A DNA stretch of 64,000 nt from an uncultured Planctomycetaceae bacterium (GCA_963833985.1 CAWIAD010000001.1:1184001-1248000); one strand, 5' to 3'; shown: positions 41,282 to 52,943, counted from the stretch's first letter. Notes: generated by a model from the letters alone, not told the origin. Made by a program: numbers and translations.

Positions 41282-41737
41282 ATGATTCTCAGAACGCACG
41301 GGCCGTTGCGCTGCCGCAGGGGAGTTGCCGTCGTCGAGACCGCGGTCTTTCTGGGCATACTGCTTGTTGTCTTGCTGGGTGTCTTCGAGTACGGGCGGAT
41401 CGTGATGGTCCGCCAGTTGATGAACAACGCCGCCCGGGAAGGAGCGCGCCTGGCGATCGTTGGCACCGCCCAGCCCGTGGTGACCACGCAGCAGATCGAG
41501 CAGACCGTCAGCGGTTACCTGGCCGGTCAGTCGATGCAGAACCTGGCGATCCAGGTTTACCAGACCGATCCCCAGACCGGGGCCAACCTGGGCCTCTGGA
41601 ACCAGACGCCCTACGGCGGCGCCATCGCCGTGCAGATCGACGCGGACTATGTGCCGATTCTCCCCGTCAACCTGGGCGTGATCCCGAACCCCATCCATTT
41701 CACGGCCATCTCGATGATGCTCAGCGAAGCGAACTGA
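41282..41737 (+). CDS. TadE family pseudopilin
   Basis: RRGVAVVETA...NAAREGAR. Confidence 0.88.
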   Translation: MILRTHGPLRCRRGVAVVETAVFLGILLVVLLGVFEYGRIVMVRQLMNNAAREGARLAIVGTAQPVVTTQQIEQTVSGYLAGQSMQNLAIQVYQTDPQTGANLGLWNQTPYGGAIAVQIDADYVPILPVNLGVIPNPIHFTAISMMLSEAN

Positions 41738-41952
41738 GCCGGCAGCCGCGCCGGCCCGTTCCCGGGCGGGCTCCGGCCATGTGCGCGTCCAACCCCGAAA
41801 CGGGCCGATTGCTGCAAGAAACCAACATCCGCGTTGCGGATGATCCCCGGGGCCCGTGTGCCGCGTGTGCCACTGAGTCAAGCATATCCGAACGTGTCCT
41901 AGGCTCTTTGTGAGGTCACGTTCGGGCGACTGGTTCCCCAACGTCGAGGCCC

Positions 41953-42468
41953 ATGATGACGATCCGTACTCTCGGGAAACAAATCAGGACTTCTCCGGGG
42001 GTGGCGGCGGTCGAGTTGGCACTGACCCTGCCGCTCTTGATCCTGCTGCTCACGGGCACATGGGAGGTCGGGCGCATCCTCGAGGTCCAGCAGATGCTCA
42101 ACGTCGCGGCCCGTGAGGCGGCCCGTCAGGCGGGCTCCGGGCTCTTGACCAACAGCCAGGTCCAGCAGGTCGCCGTCAACTATGTCCGCTGTGGCCTGCA
42201 AGATGTCACCGGCGCCATGACGGCGAACATCGCGGTGAACGTGACGGTCTACGCCGCCGGCAGTCCGGGGATACCGGAACAGATCGACGTGAGCCAGGCC
42301 AGCTCGCTGGACCAGATTGTCATCTCGGTGTCCGTGCCGTTTCCGGACGTGCGCTGGATCTCCTTGCCCTCGATCACCGGCGCGCAGCTCCTGCAAGCCC
42401 AGGCGAGCTGGGTTTGCCTGAAGGACTATCCGTTCCCCACCACGCCTCCACAACCGCCGGCCGGTTGA
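41953..42468 (+). CDS. TadE family pseudopilin
   Basis: GVAAVELALTLP...AAREAAR. Confidence 0.88.
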   Translation: MMTIRTLGKQIRTSPGVAAVELALTLPLLILLLTGTWEVGRILEVQQMLNVAAREAARQAGSGLLTNSQVQQVAVNYVRCGLQDVTGAMTANIAVNVTVYAAGSPGIPEQIDVSQASSLDQIVISVSVPFPDVRWISLPSITGAQLLQAQASWVCLKDYPFPTTPPQPPAG

Positions 42469-42519
42469 GCCGTTCGCCGGCCAGCCGTCCCATCCGCCGC
42501 AGACAAGGGTGGTTTCCAG

Positions 42520-45075
42520 ATGATGACGCAAGGTGCTGGCAGCACAGCCCGGCAGGAGATTGACTTGATCGACGCTCGAAACAAACATCGACGTGCGGGC
42601 AGCATCACGCCCGTGGTGGCCCTCAGCCTGGTGGCGCTCTGCGGCGCGGTCGCACTGGGAATCGACGTGGGCAGGGTCGCCGTGGCCAAGCTGGAATGCC
42701 AGAGCGCCGCGGATGTCGCGGCCATGGCCGGAGCCCGGTCGCTCAACGGAGTGATGCCTCAGAACCTGAGCCTGGCCACCTCCAACGCGCTGGCCGCGGC
42801 GCAGCAGTACGCGATCATGGGCCAGCCGGTCGGGGCGGCCGACGTCACAGTGCAGCATGGTACTTATCACTACGATTCTACGTCACAAGCATTCGTCCCC
42901 TCGATGACGCTGGCCGCCGGCGAGAACTACAACCTGACCCAGGCGACCGTGAACAAGTCATGCCCGACCACCTTTGCCCGGATCCTGGGATTCTCCGCGT
43001 TCAGCGTCAGCGCCAGCGCCACCGCCGCCCACCGGCCGCGAGACGTCGCCATCGTGCTCGACTACTCGGGCTCGATGAACAACGAAAGCGACCTCTGGAA
43101 TGACGAGAGCTACCTGGACAATGGCCAGGCCGCACCGAACAACACCAACCTGACCTCGAATAACCAGGAGTCGGTCTACCCCACGTTCGGCCACTATTCG
43201 AACCAGCAGAACTACTCGAACTACACCAGCTACGCCAACCTGCTCTGTCCCGTGGCCGCCGGGTCGAACCCGCTGTCGGGAAACCCGGTCGTGGGCAAGT
43301 GCAACATCACGATCTCGGCGCTCGGCGTTCCGCCACTGGTCAACGATTTCTGGAGCAACAACCGCGGCGCCACGGCGGGATCAGCCTTCACGGCCGCTGC
43401 CGACACGGCGCTCGACACGTACAACCGCGCCGGTGGAGATACCTACCTCTGGAAGCACAATACGACCTCCACGTTTGCGGCCACCCTGGCCGACGCGCTG
43501 GGAAGTACCACCAAGAATGCCTCCTTCGAGGCCAGCGGGTATCAGTCGATCCAGGGAACGTCCCTCCAGGGATATATCCAGGGGCCGCGGTACTGGGGAA
43601 AGACGTTCTTCGTCTGGCCGCCCGACCCTACCAACGACTGGCGGCAGAACTTCTTCGGCACGAACAACAACACCAAGCTCTGGAGCGGATCGGGCGCCTG
43701 GAACCAGCCCACCGGCAACTACACCATCAACTACAAGGCCATCCTGGCGTGGATCCGGAGCACCGGCCCGAACCCCTTCCCGAGCCAGCTCCGGTCGGGC
43801 AACATCCTCTACTATGACCAGATTCCCAGCGATGTTCCCGCCTCGGCCTACGTTCACACGAACCTGAACTCGGCCATCAGCGACCCGAATCAGCGGTTCT
43901 GGAAGGAATACATCGACTACATGGTGGGTGTCTGGCGCGATCCGTCCGGCGCGGTGCAAACTCCGGCCAACCCGTCAATGAGCTACGGCAACGACTACAC
44001 GTTCGGGACCGTCAAGGTCACCGCGCCGCCCACGGGCACTGGCGCCGCGTTCATGGCGTATGATGACAACCCCCAGCGGCCGCGGCATCGCTTCTGGTTC
44101 GGCCCCATGACGATGATCCAGTTCATGTCCGATACCGGCATCCTCCCCGGCACCGCCCACGACATCTCGATGTACCCCATGAAGGTCGGGATCGGCGAGG
44201 CCCTCCAGGACATCCAGAACAACCATCCCAACGACCTGGTGGCGATGATCCTCTTCAACCGCCCCCTCTACACGGGCGGGGCCAGCGGAACGGGCGCTTT
44301 CAACCTGGCGCAGTACAGCCTGACGAACAACATGCAGCCGATGATCAACTCGCTCTGGATCCCCCCCAACAGCGGCACGAACGACGTCCGTCCCTGGGAC
44401 GCCAACGGGGCGCAAACTCCCCGCGCGTTCGGCGACTGGACTGCGAACACGGCCTCCAGCTATGGGTTCATGCTGGCCTACAACCAGTTCAGCGCCAGCG
44501 GGACGCTCCAGGCGCTCGACCAGTCGACGGCGCCGGGCACCGGTGGCAACGGGCGCGTCGGCGCCGAACGGCTGCTCATTTACGAGACCGATGGGATGGC
44601 GAACCAGGGCTCGACGCCCGGCAGCTTCGGTTACGGCAGCTATTACAACTCGAATTACTCGATCCAGCCGGGGCAGTCGCTCTCCTCGGCCGGTTACAAC
44701 CAGACGGGCCTGCTTCAGGTCGTGCAGAATATTTGCAACGACAACAACGGCAACCGCGTGCCCGGGCCCGGCATCACGCCGTTTTCGCCCAACCTCGGTT
44801 ATCCCGGCTTCGGCGCGCAGGGCAAGCCGGTGACCATCCAGTGCATCGCGTTCGGCGGCATCTTCGAGACGCCCTCGTCCACGCTCACCAGCTCGGTGGG
44901 CCTGCTTCAGCAGATCTCGGCGATTGGCGGCACGGTGTTCCCAGCGACGGCCGCCGACCCGGCCAATGGCTACAAGTGGTGCATCGGCACCATGGCCCAG
45001 CGGCAGAGCCGGCTCACCTCGGCTTTTGAAACGATCATGAACCAGACGCCCGTGCCCATCACGCTGATTCGCTGA
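42520..45075 (+). CDS. TadG-like protein with an interrupted vWA domain
   Basis: ALGIDVG...QSAADVAAMAGA; DVAIVLDYSGSM; YETDG. Confidence 0.85.
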   Translation: MMTQGAGSTARQEIDLIDARNKHRRAGSITPVVALSLVALCGAVALGIDVGRVAVAKLECQSAADVAAMAGARSLNGVMPQNLSLATSNALAAAQQYAIMGQPVGAADVTVQHGTYHYDSTSQAFVPSMTLAAGENYNLTQATVNKSCPTTFARILGFSAFSVSASATAAHRPRDVAIVLDYSGSMNNESDLWNDESYLDNGQAAPNNTNLTSNNQESVYPTFGHYSNQQNYSNYTSYANLLCPVAAGSNPLSGNPVVGKCNITISALGVPPLVNDFWSNNRGATAGSAFTAAADTALDTYNRAGGDTYLWKHNTTSTFAATLADALGSTTKNASFEASGYQSIQGTSLQGYIQGPRYWGKTFFVWPPDPTNDWRQNFFGTNNNTKLWSGSGAWNQPTGNYTINYKAILAWIRSTGPNPFPSQLRSGNILYYDQIPSDVPASAYVHTNLNSAISDPNQRFWKEYIDYMVGVWRDPSGAVQTPANPSMSYGNDYTFGTVKVTAPPTGTGAAFMAYDDNPQRPRHRFWFGPMTMIQFMSDTGILPGTAHDISMYPMKVGIGEALQDIQNNHPNDLVAMILFNRPLYTGGASGTGAFNLAQYSLTNNMQPMINSLWIPPNSGTNDVRPWDANGAQTPRAFGDWTANTASSYGFMLAYNQFSASGTLQALDQSTAPGTGGNGRVGAERLLIYETDGMANQGSTPGSFGYGSYYNSNYSIQPGQSLSSAGYNQTGLLQVVQNICNDNNGNRVPGPGITPFSPNLGYPGFGAQGKPVTIQCIAFGGIFETPSSTLTSSVGLLQQISAIGGTVFPATAADPANGYKWCIGTMAQRQSRLTSAFETIMNQTPVPITLIR

Positions 45076-45198
45076 CGCCGGAGGATGGGCGGGGACGCGG
45101 CCGTGCCGAAGGGCCGGCCATGTTGTTCCCGGTGGCCAGCGGCCTGGGGAGTTTGCTACGATTCAGGCTGACACGTTCTCCAGGAGAGCGACCAGCCG

Positions 45199-46070
45199 AT
45201 GCCTGTGGTTCTGAGCCTGGGACTCTTGCTCGCACCGATCCTGAGCCAGTCCGAGCTTCTGGTAGAGCATCTCGGGAACTTCGACACCCGGCGCATTCCC
45301 GAGGCCTCCGGCGTGGCCGCGAGCCGGCGTTATCCGGGCATCTTCTGGGTGCACAACGACTCGGGCAACCCGTCCTCCATCTTCGCGATCCGCAAGGACG
45401 GATCGATCGTCCGGGAATTCCCCGTGGCGCTGGCGAATGTCGACTGGGAGGACATCGCGGCCGATGACCAGGGCCACCTGTACCTGGGAGACATTGGCAA
45501 CAACGGCGGGCTGCTGGCCCTCCGGGCCATCTACCGGCTCGATGAGCCGGACCCGGCGGGGCCGGCCAGGGAGCCCCTACGGCCGACCGGTTCGTGGTTC
45601 TATGCGCTGCCGAGAGAAGGCGCTTCGACGCCGAGGGGCTGTTCCTGGACGCCAGGACACACTCCGCGGTTGTCGTCTCCAAGCGGTTCGACGGCCGCGA
45701 CGCCGAGCTCTTCAGCATTCCGCTCCAGCCACCGGCGCCGCTGCTGAGGCCGGCCTTGCCCCGGCAAGTCGGCCGGCTGCCGGGATTCGTCGAACCGGCC
45801 ACGGGCGCCAGCCTGTCGAACGACGGGCGGCTGCTGGCGGTCTGCGCCGCGACGGTGACCAGGATCTACCAGCGGGACGCGCTGGGCGGATGGGCTCCGC
45901 TTGCCTCGGTGCGCTATGATTCCCTGCCGGTGGAAGGGGTCGCCTGGGATGGGATGGACCTGATCCTGGTGAGCGAGGGCCGCGGCGTGGACCGCATGAC
46001 TCAGGCGGCCTGGAAGCGGCACACCACCACGCCGGCGCCGCGGCGATCCGCCCCTGGCGATTCGCGCTGA
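45199..46070 (+). pseudogene. Hypothetical beta-propeller-like secreted protein, frameshifted near 45610
   Basis: EASG...WVHNDSG...DWEDIA in the first frame; continues RRFDAEGLF in the next frame. Confidence 0.6.
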
Positions 46071-46104
46071 GCCGCTTGCGGTCTGGAATTTGAGGTGCGT
46101 ACGA

Positions 46105-47250
46105 ATGACCGGGACGCCAGATGTCGCGATCGTGGGCGGTGGAGTGATCGGATTGTCGATCGCCTGGGCCCTGGCGCGAGGGAATCACCAGCGCCGTACT
46201 GGATCGCCGCGAGCTGGGCCGCGAGGCGTCGTGGGCCGGCGCGGGTCTGATCGCTCCACTGAGCGAGCCGCAAGCGGGAGCGCTGCACCCCATGGTCGAG
46301 GCTCAGGTCCTGGAGCGCCGAGCTCTTCCCTCGCTGGTCCGCCGCACTGCGGGAAGAGACCGGCATCGATAACGGCTATCGGCGCTGCGGGGGAGTTGAT
46401 GTTGCCGGGACGGCCGGCGAGGAGCAAGAGCTGCTCTCCAGCGCCGGCCGCTGGAAGGTGGAGGGAATCGTCCATGAGAAGCTGGCTGCCGCCGACCTGC
46501 GCAAGGTCGAGCCGGCGTTGAACCCGGAACTGCGGGCGGTCTATTTCCTGCCCGACCGCGCCCAGGTGCGGAACCCCCGGCACATGCGGGCGCTGGCCGC
46601 CTCGGCGGCGCAGCGCGGCGTGCGGCTGCTTCCCTGGCACGCCGTCGATGGCTTCCAGACGCGCGGCGACCGGGTCAGCGCGGTTCGCACGAGTGCGGGA
46701 GAGATCGCTTGCGACTGGGTGATCCTGGCGGCCGGTCCGTGGTCCGAGCGGCTGCTCGGGACGCTGGGCGTGCACGCGCCCACGCCTCCCGTCAAGGGTC
46801 AGATCGTGCTCTTGCGGGAGGATCGGCCGCTCCTCTCGCGGATCGTCGAGCATGGCAAGAACTACCTCGTCCCACGCGGCGACGGGCGGGTGCTGGTCGG
46901 TGCAACCGAAGAGCAGGCCGGCTTTGACACGCGCAGCACTGCCAGCGCCGTGCGCGGCCTGCTCGATGAAGCCATCTTCCTGTGCCCTGCGCTCGGCGAG
47001 GCCGGGCTCGAGGCCGCATGGGCCGGCCTGCGGCCGGGGAGCATTGACACGCGGCCATACATCGGCCAGGTGCCGGGCTATGCCAACCTGGTCGTGGCCA
47101 CGGGACACAGGCGCGCGGGCTTGCAGCTCTCGCCCGCGACGGCCGAGCTGGTTGCGGACCTGGTTCTTGGCCTGCGCACCGCGCATCGACCTGGCCCACT
47201 TCCGGATCGATCGCACGCCCGATCTCGCGGCCGGGACCATCCGGTCATGA
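46105..47250 (+). pseudogene. thiO: Glycine oxidase ThiO-like FAD oxidoreductase with several frameshifts
   Basis: IVGGGVIGLS; EASWAGAG in another frame; PVKGQI; WAGLRP; ATGHRRAGLQLSP. Confidence 0.75.
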
Positions 47251-47931
47251 GCTGGCGTGATTGGACCCTTGCAGCGTTTGCACCAGCACCTTGGCCGCGG
47301 CCGCCAGACCCAGGGCGACGCTCCGCCCGCCCAGCTGACAGACCACCGCTGCGGCTTCCGGGCGGTTTTCCTGGACCAGTCCAGCGGCATGCAAGGCGAG
47401 CCCGCTTTCCGAGAGGTAGCGCAGGAACGCCGGGTCCTGGTCGATCACGCGGATGACGCGGAAGTGCTGGCCGCCCGGACATTGCGAGAGCGGCAGGCCC
47501 TCGGGCTCGGTGAGCGATCCATCGGCCCGGGGGATGGGGTCACCGTGCGGGTCCACCGCGGGAAAGCCGAGGTAAGCCTCGATCCGGTCGATGAGCCGCT
47601 CGGAGGCCGCGTGCTCCATGTTCTCGGCCTCTTCGTGGACCTCGTCCCAGGACATCTGGAGGGTCCGAACCAGGAACAGCTCCAGCAGGCGATGGCGGCG
47701 AATCACCTTCAGGGCAAGCCGCTGGCCTGAAGTCGTGAGCCGTGCACCTTCATACGGCGTGTAGGTCGCCAGGCTGGCCTCTGAGAGCGTCTTGAGCATT
47801 CCCGTCACGGTGCCTGGAGAGACCCGCAGCGCCTGAGCGAGCTCACCGGTGCTCACCGGCCCGCCGCCCGGCTTGCGGGCGGTGATGAGGGCGATCGTCT
47901 TCACGTAGTTCTCGACGGTCAGGCTGGGCAC
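47245..47931 (-). CDS. DtxR/MntR family metal-dependent regulator with FeoA domain
   Basis: TVENYVKTI; RRHRLLELFL; VHEEAENMEH; DPHGDPIP. Confidence 0.92.
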   Translation of the reverse strand: MPSLTVENYVKTIALITARKPGGGPVSTGELAQALRVSPGTVTGMLKTLSEASLATYTPYEGARLTTSGQRLALKVIRRHRLLELFLVRTLQMSWDEVHEEAENMEHAASERLIDRIEAYLGFPAVDPHGDPIPRADGSLTEPEGLPLSQCPGGQHFRVIRVIDQDPAFLRYLSESGLALHAAGLVQENRPEAAAVVCQLGGRSVALGLAAAAKVLVQTLQGSNHASS

Positions 47932-47998
47932 GGCTGTCTCTCGAGCGGGCCGAAATGGACGCGAGCGATCGCTGTCGAGACGCATTATCCCGAAAATG

Positions 47999-49294
47999 TC
48001 ATTCGCTCACCAGCGGAGGAACCGGGTCGCCGACTCGCAGCCAGGCCGCCTTCAGGTAGGCGCCTTCGGGGGCGTCCAGCGCGACGGGATGGTCGGCCGA
48101 GGCACCAGTCATCGCCAGCAACTGCACGCTCCGGCTCGCCTTGCGGGCCGCGGCCCTGAGCAGTGCCTGGAAGTCCGGCGCGGGGAGCAGGCCCGAGCAC
48201 GAGCAGGTCAGCAGCAGCCCGCCCGGCTCCACAAGGTTCATGCCCAGGACGTTCAGGTCAAAATACTTGCGCTTCCCCGCCGAGACGTCGTCGCGGTCGG
48301 CAATGAGCTTGGGCGGGTCCAGCACCACCACGCCGAACCTGCGCTCGTTGACGGCCATCTGCCGCATGTAGCCGAAGGCGTCCGCGTGCACGGCGTTCAG
48401 CCGCACATTGTTGGCGTTGCCGTTCTCGCGGGCCAGGGCCACGGCCTTCTCGTCGAGGTCCACGCAGATGACCTCGCGCGCCTGGCCCCGGATCAGGGCG
48501 TTGAGGCCGAAGCCTCCGGTGTAGCAACAGGCATCGAGCACCGCCTCTCCGGCGCAGTAGCGCGCGAGTTCCCTGCGGTTGTCGCGCTGGTCGCAGAAGA
48601 AACCCGTCTTGTGGCCCTCTTCCAGGTGGATCCGATAGCGGATGCCATGCTCTTCGATGGTGATCCGGGGGGGCAGCCTGGGGCTGGCGACGGTCCTGCC
48701 CGGAAAGTCTTCCTGAAGCGCGACCCGCTCGTCCACGCGAACGCGAAAATGCCGGGTGTCCAGCAGCTCCGCGCAGATGCCGGCAATCGGCCCGATCCGC
48801 TGGTACATGCCCAGGCTGAAGATCTCGAAGGAGAGCACATCGTCGTAGCGGTCGGCAATCAGGCCGGAGAGTCCGTCTCCCTCGGCGTGCAGCACGCGGT
48901 AGGCACTGGTCTGCTCGTCGAGCCTCAGCGCCTTTCGCCGCAGCTCCACGGCCTGGCTGATCTTCTGCTTCCAGAAGGCAAGGCCGGGAGGAGCCTCCTC
49001 CCGCGACAGCAGCCGCAGGCTGATCTGGGACCGCGGGTTCCAGAGGCCGTATCCCAGGTGCCGGCCGTCCCGGTCGACGGCGTGTACCAGGTCGCCCGGG
49101 TTCGGGACTGTCGCGCCCACCGGCCCGATGATCATCTTACGGAAAACAAAGGGATGCGCACCGCCGCGCGAATCGCCACGGTGGGCAGAGCGGTCCCCGG
49201 TTCCAGCTCGCGATCGGGAATCGGCGGTGGAGCGTCTTGCGAAGGAGCGGATGGGCGGACTCGTGGCATTGCGGAATCCCGGCGGCTGGATCAA
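47999..49294 (-). CDS. RlmI-like SAM-dependent rRNA methyltransferase
   Basis: GHKTGFFCDQRDNR; CCYTGGFG; VLDPPK; TCSCS. Confidence 0.88.
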   Translation of the reverse strand: MIQPPGFRNATSPPIRSFARRSTADSRSRAGTGDRSAHRGDSRGGAHPFVFRKMIIGPVGATVPNPGDLVHAVDRDGRHLGYGLWNPRSQISLRLLSREEAPPGLAFWKQKISQAVELRRKALRLDEQTSAYRVLHAEGDGLSGLIADRYDDVLSFEIFSLGMYQRIGPIAGICAELLDTRHFRVRVDERVALQEDFPGRTVASPRLPPRITIEEHGIRYRIHLEEGHKTGFFCDQRDNRRELARYCAGEAVLDACCYTGGFGLNALIRGQAREVICVDLDEKAVALARENGNANNVRLNAVHADAFGYMRQMAVNERRFGVVVLDPPKLIADRDDVSAGKRKYFDLNVLGMNLVEPGGLLLTCSCSGLLPAPDFQALLRAAARKASRSVQLLAMTGASADHPVALDAPEGAYLKAAWLRVGDPVPPLVSE

Positions 49295-49328
49295 TGAGCA
49301 GGACTTTCAGAGCGCGGCGTGCAGGAGA

Positions 49329-49709
49329 TCACTCATCGTGATCGTCTCCCTCGTCGGCCATGTCGTCATGGCCCTCCGCGTCGTCCGGGCCGGCATCGCC
49401 CTTCCGGAGCAGACGGCGAAGCCGGACCAGAAGCGCGGTGGCGTAGCGCTGCACCGACAGTTGCTGGGTGAGTACCTCATCGTCGACGGCACTCCGAGGA
49501 ATGGCGGCCATCAGCCGGTGCGCCTGCGCCAGGCTTTCCCAGCCCGCGTCCAGGACGGCCGCGACCATCGATGAATCATTCCTGGCGTGCTTCATGAGCT
49601 GCCGGACCTTCTTCAATCCCGCGCGTGCCGTACGAAGTTGCCGCAGCGCCGCCGCCGAGCTCATCTCTGCCATGAACCCCTCGCTTGGACCAGACATCCC
49701 GTGGGCCAT
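49329..49709 (-). CDS. Hypothetical helical protein
   Basis: 126-aa ORF filling the gap, with an acidic tail. Confidence 0.55.
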   Translation of the reverse strand: MAHGMSGPSEGFMAEMSSAAALRQLRTARAGLKKVRQLMKHARNDSSMVAAVLDAGWESLAQAHRLMAAIPRSAVDDEVLTQQLSVQRYATALLVRLRRLLRKGDAGPDDAEGHDDMADEGDDHDE

Positions 49710-49798
49710 TTTTCATTTCCCTTTGCGGGGTCATCCGCTATAGATATAGACTAAGATGGGGAAGGCAGCCCGCACAACGGCTTGCAGGAGCGTGTTCC

Positions 49799-50137
49799 AT
49801 GTCGGGTGAGTACGAGGCGATCAGCACCGTTGTCGAGCCCGAGGTCTCCGAGGAGACGAAAACCCGCCGCATACCGCCGTATCACGTGGTTGTCCTCAAC
49901 GACGAGGACCATACTTTTGAATACGTGATCGAGATGCTCATCAAACTCTTCGCACACAGTATCACCCGCGCCAAGGAATTGACATGGGAAGTCCATTCTC
50001 GAGGCCGGGCGATCGTCTACACGACGCACAAGGAGAAGGCTGAGCTGAAGTGCGAACAGGTCCTGTCGTACGGCCCGGACCCCCGCCTGAGCCGCTCCAA
50101 GGCCTCACTGCGCTGCTACATCGAGCCGGCCGTTTAG
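49799..50137 (+). CDS. clpS: ATP-dependent Clp protease adaptor ClpS
   Basis: PYHVVVLNDEDHTFEYV; EVHSRGRAIV. Confidence 0.9.
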   Translation: MSGEYEAISTVVEPEVSEETKTRRIPPYHVVVLNDEDHTFEYVIEMLIKLFAHSITRAKELTWEVHSRGRAIVYTTHKEKAELKCEQVLSYGPDPRLSRSKASLRCYIEPAV

Positions 50138-50138
50138 G

Positions 50139-50220
50139 GCGGTTTTCTGACGGGTTGCAGGCCGTTTCTGAGTTTTGGAAAGGGGGGCAGACATTCCTGT
50201 CTGCCAGGGCAGGCCTGCTC
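50139..50220 (+). repeat. REP/MITE-like element, copy 1
   Basis: Inverted copy of part of 53840-53946; contains GGCAGACATTCCTGTCTGCC. Confidence 0.75.
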
Positions 50221-50280
50221 CAGTTGAACCCCGCCCTGCGAACGAGCAAGGGCTGCCAGATTGGTGGATGGTGACGCGTG

Positions 50281-51162
50281 TCAGCCGTCGGCTTCCTGGC
50301 GACTGGCCTGGATCGCGGCCTCCAGGCCAGTGCTGATGTCAGGGAAATGCAGCGCGACTCCCAACCCCAATCGCAGGCGAGCGTTCGAGATCCGCCGGTT
50401 CGCGAAATCGGCGCTCTGCTCCCTGCCGGCGGCGCCTGCCGGCTCATAGCGCGGTGGGCGGGCTCCCAGCAGACGGGCGGCCAGGGTGTAGTATTCGCTG
50501 CGCGGAACGGGACGGTCGTCGCTCACAAGATAAAGCGGCTCGGGATGAGCGGCGTCGAGGGCGGCGACCGCAGCACGGGCCGCGTCATCGATATGAACCA
50601 GGTTGAGGTAGCACGCGGGGTCGACCGGGATCGGCTCGCCGCGCTCCAGCAGTGCCCGCCGGATGACGCGGCCCGGCCCGTACAGCCCTGCGAATCGGAG
50701 CACGACGAGTGCGCCTTGCCGCGTCCCGAAATGTTGCCGGGCCACCGCCTCGGCGAGGAGGCAAACGCGGCCTGCGTCGTGAAGCGGCTCGGCGGGAGAA
50801 TCCTCGGTGACCCATGACCCGTCGGACTGACCGTACACACTGGTGCTGCTGGCGTACACGAAACGATGGACCGCCGCGGGCAGTCTCTCGAGCACGTTCT
50901 TCAATCCCTGGACGTGAACCGTGCGCCGGTCGGCTCGGCTGGTGCGGTCGTATCCCACGCAATAGAGCATGTGTTGTGCTTCCGGAAAATCGAGCGTTTC
51001 CGGATTCAGGACATCCGCGACGATCGGCTCAATTCCCAGCCGGTCCAGTTCGGCGGCGCGGGGCCGCGAACGCACGGTTCCCAGCACCTGCTCCCCGCGC
51101 CGGACCAGCTCGATTCCCATCCGGGTGCCCAGGTATCCGCAGCCCACGATGAGCGTGCTCAC
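50281..51162 (-). CDS. NAD-dependent epimerase/SDR family protein
   Basis: IVGCGYLG; YASSTSVYG; RFAGLYGPGR. Confidence 0.88.
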   Translation of the reverse strand: MSTLIVGCGYLGTRMGIELVRRGEQVLGTVRSRPRAAELDRLGIEPIVADVLNPETLDFPEAQHMLYCVGYDRTSRADRRTVHVQGLKNVLERLPAAVHRFVYASSTSVYGQSDGSWVTEDSPAEPLHDAGRVCLLAEAVARQHFGTRQGALVVLRFAGLYGPGRVIRRALLERGEPIPVDPACYLNLVHIDDAARAAVAALDAAHPEPLYLVSDDRPVPRSEYYTLAARLLGARPPRYEPAGAAGREQSADFANRRISNARLRLGLGVALHFPDISTGLEAAIQASRQEADG

Positions 51163-51650
51163 GTCTTGTTTTCCTCGTCATCCGCGAGCGGCTTGTAGTC
51201 CCCCGCGCCTTCCGGGCAACCCGCGTCGAGGTAACCTTGAAGCAGGATCTGCGCGGCCAGCTTGTCGCGCAGGGCTTTCCGTTTCTGCCTCTTGAGCCCG
51301 GACTCGATCATGAGGTTGTCGGCCTCGATGCTGGTGTAGCGTTCATCGACATAGGCGACCGGCAACCCGGTGACCGAGGCCAGCCAGGCACCCCAGCGCC
51401 TCGCCAGGAGGGCCAGTTCTCCCTCACGACCGCTGGTGTGCACGGGCAGGCCGACCACGATGGTTGCGATGTCGTGCTCCCGCACCAGCGCACGGTAGTG
51501 CCGAGCGTCGAGCTCATCGTTCCTCCGCTCGTAGACCTCCAGCGGCGAAGCGAATTCACGAAGCGGGTCGCTGATGGCCCCGCCCACGCGCCGCAGGCCG
51601 AAGTCGAGTGCCAGGATTCGATTCATGCGTGGCTGTTCCTCGCGGGACAT
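51159..51650 (-). CDS. ruvX: YqgF/RuvX family nuclease
   Basis: ILALDFGLRRVG; VVGLP; VDERYTS; DKLAAQILLQ. Confidence 0.9.
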   Translation of the reverse strand: MSREEQPRMNRILALDFGLRRVGGAISDPLREFASPLEVYERRNDELDARHYRALVREHDIATIVVGLPVHTSGREGELALLARRWGAWLASVTGLPVAYVDERYTSIEADNLMIESGLKRQKRKALRDKLAAQILLQGYLDAGCPEGAGDYKPLADDEENKT

Positions 51651-51937
51651 TTGAGGTTTCCGAGCCGGGCAAATTCCATTGTGCCCGCTCTCACGTTGCG
51701 AAAAAGGCCGCAGCGCGTGTTGTTAAGAATGAACGGACCTGGAAAAGCCACAAGCTTTAAACTAGCCTCAGACACGGCACGACATTGATCGCCAGGGCGA
51801 GCGCACGGGGCAGCGTTCGAGTATGGGGATGAACCCAGCCTGGCAATATGGTCGACGCGTTACCATCCCTGAAGCGAAGCTGTCCTGGCCAGGCCTGGCC
51901 GCGATCGGCAAACCTGGCGTATCCCGGAGGTTGTTGA

Positions 51938-52645
51938 TGATTGATCTCGTCTTGTTGAAGCAGTGGAGAATGTGCGCTGGCGTGGCTGCACTGCTGGTTC
52001 TGGTCCTGTTTTGCTGTCCTGATGTGTCCCACGCGGGCACGGTTGTCCTGGATTTTTCGGGCCAGACCGATGCGGCCGTCACGGTGGGCGGGAATTCCAT
52101 TCCCAGCGGGAGCGTGTTCCAGGGGCAACTGAGCTACGATGCACCGCAGACCGCAGCAGTGACCTCTTTTTACGGGGGAACCCAGTCCGTCTTCTCCTTC
52201 AACTCGCTCACCTGGACCATTGGCGGGCAGACGGTCAGTGAGGGACCTGGCCAGCTCGGGTTGTACAACAACGTCACGCCGCCCAACGGCGTGCCTGTCG
52301 GCGATTCATTCTATACCTTCGTGCCGGGAATCTCGAATAACGCCCCGAATCCTTCCACCGGCAGCATTGACGGTGTCGCTCCGAACTACATTTATCTTGG
52401 CTTCGTGAGACTCGACGGGCACCGCGTTCAGCGGGCCCGATCTGCCGCTGAACTTGAACCTGGCGGAATTCACGCAGGCTTTCATCGGGGTCAACTACGG
52501 GCCGTTCGGCGCCGGCAACATCGACCGCATCTTCATGCTTTCCTCACTGGGTACGGCCGCCGTTCCCGAGCCCAGCTCGGTTCTCTTGCTCCTGGCCGGA
52601 ACGTGTGTGTCGGGTACGCTGCTGGCCAGACGCAAACGGCGTTGA
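51938..52645 (+). pseudogene. PEP-CTERM sorting-signal protein, frameshifted near 52408
   Basis: Signal-like N-terminus; VPEPSSVLLLL...RRKRR in another frame. Confidence 0.7.
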
Positions 52646-52943
52646 GCCAGGCCGCCCTTGAACTTGCGTGCTGCGGCGCCAGACCGCCGGGCGGCTGCCG
52701 CAGCACCCTGGGGCCCCCTTTCACAGGCATTCCCGGGCCGCGCCGGGCGGCTGCCGCGCCCGGGCACACGGGGCGGACTGGCGCGGCCGGGTTTTTCGTG
52801 CGGTTCGCCCCGCGGGCGTGTAGACTCGGTTCCCGCACCGTGCGGAAACGGGTTTCGAGACAATGTGGCGATCGCGGGGAAGCGAAGCCGGGGGCTGAGG
52901 TGGTCCCGTCCCGTTCCGGACCGGATCGGAGCGAGGGCCTCTC

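Noticed and set aside
41282..45075. TadE-TadE-TadG cluster as a novel secretion system
   Set aside because: Stand-alone pseudopilin clusters are common in planctomycetes, and no assembly machinery is present here.
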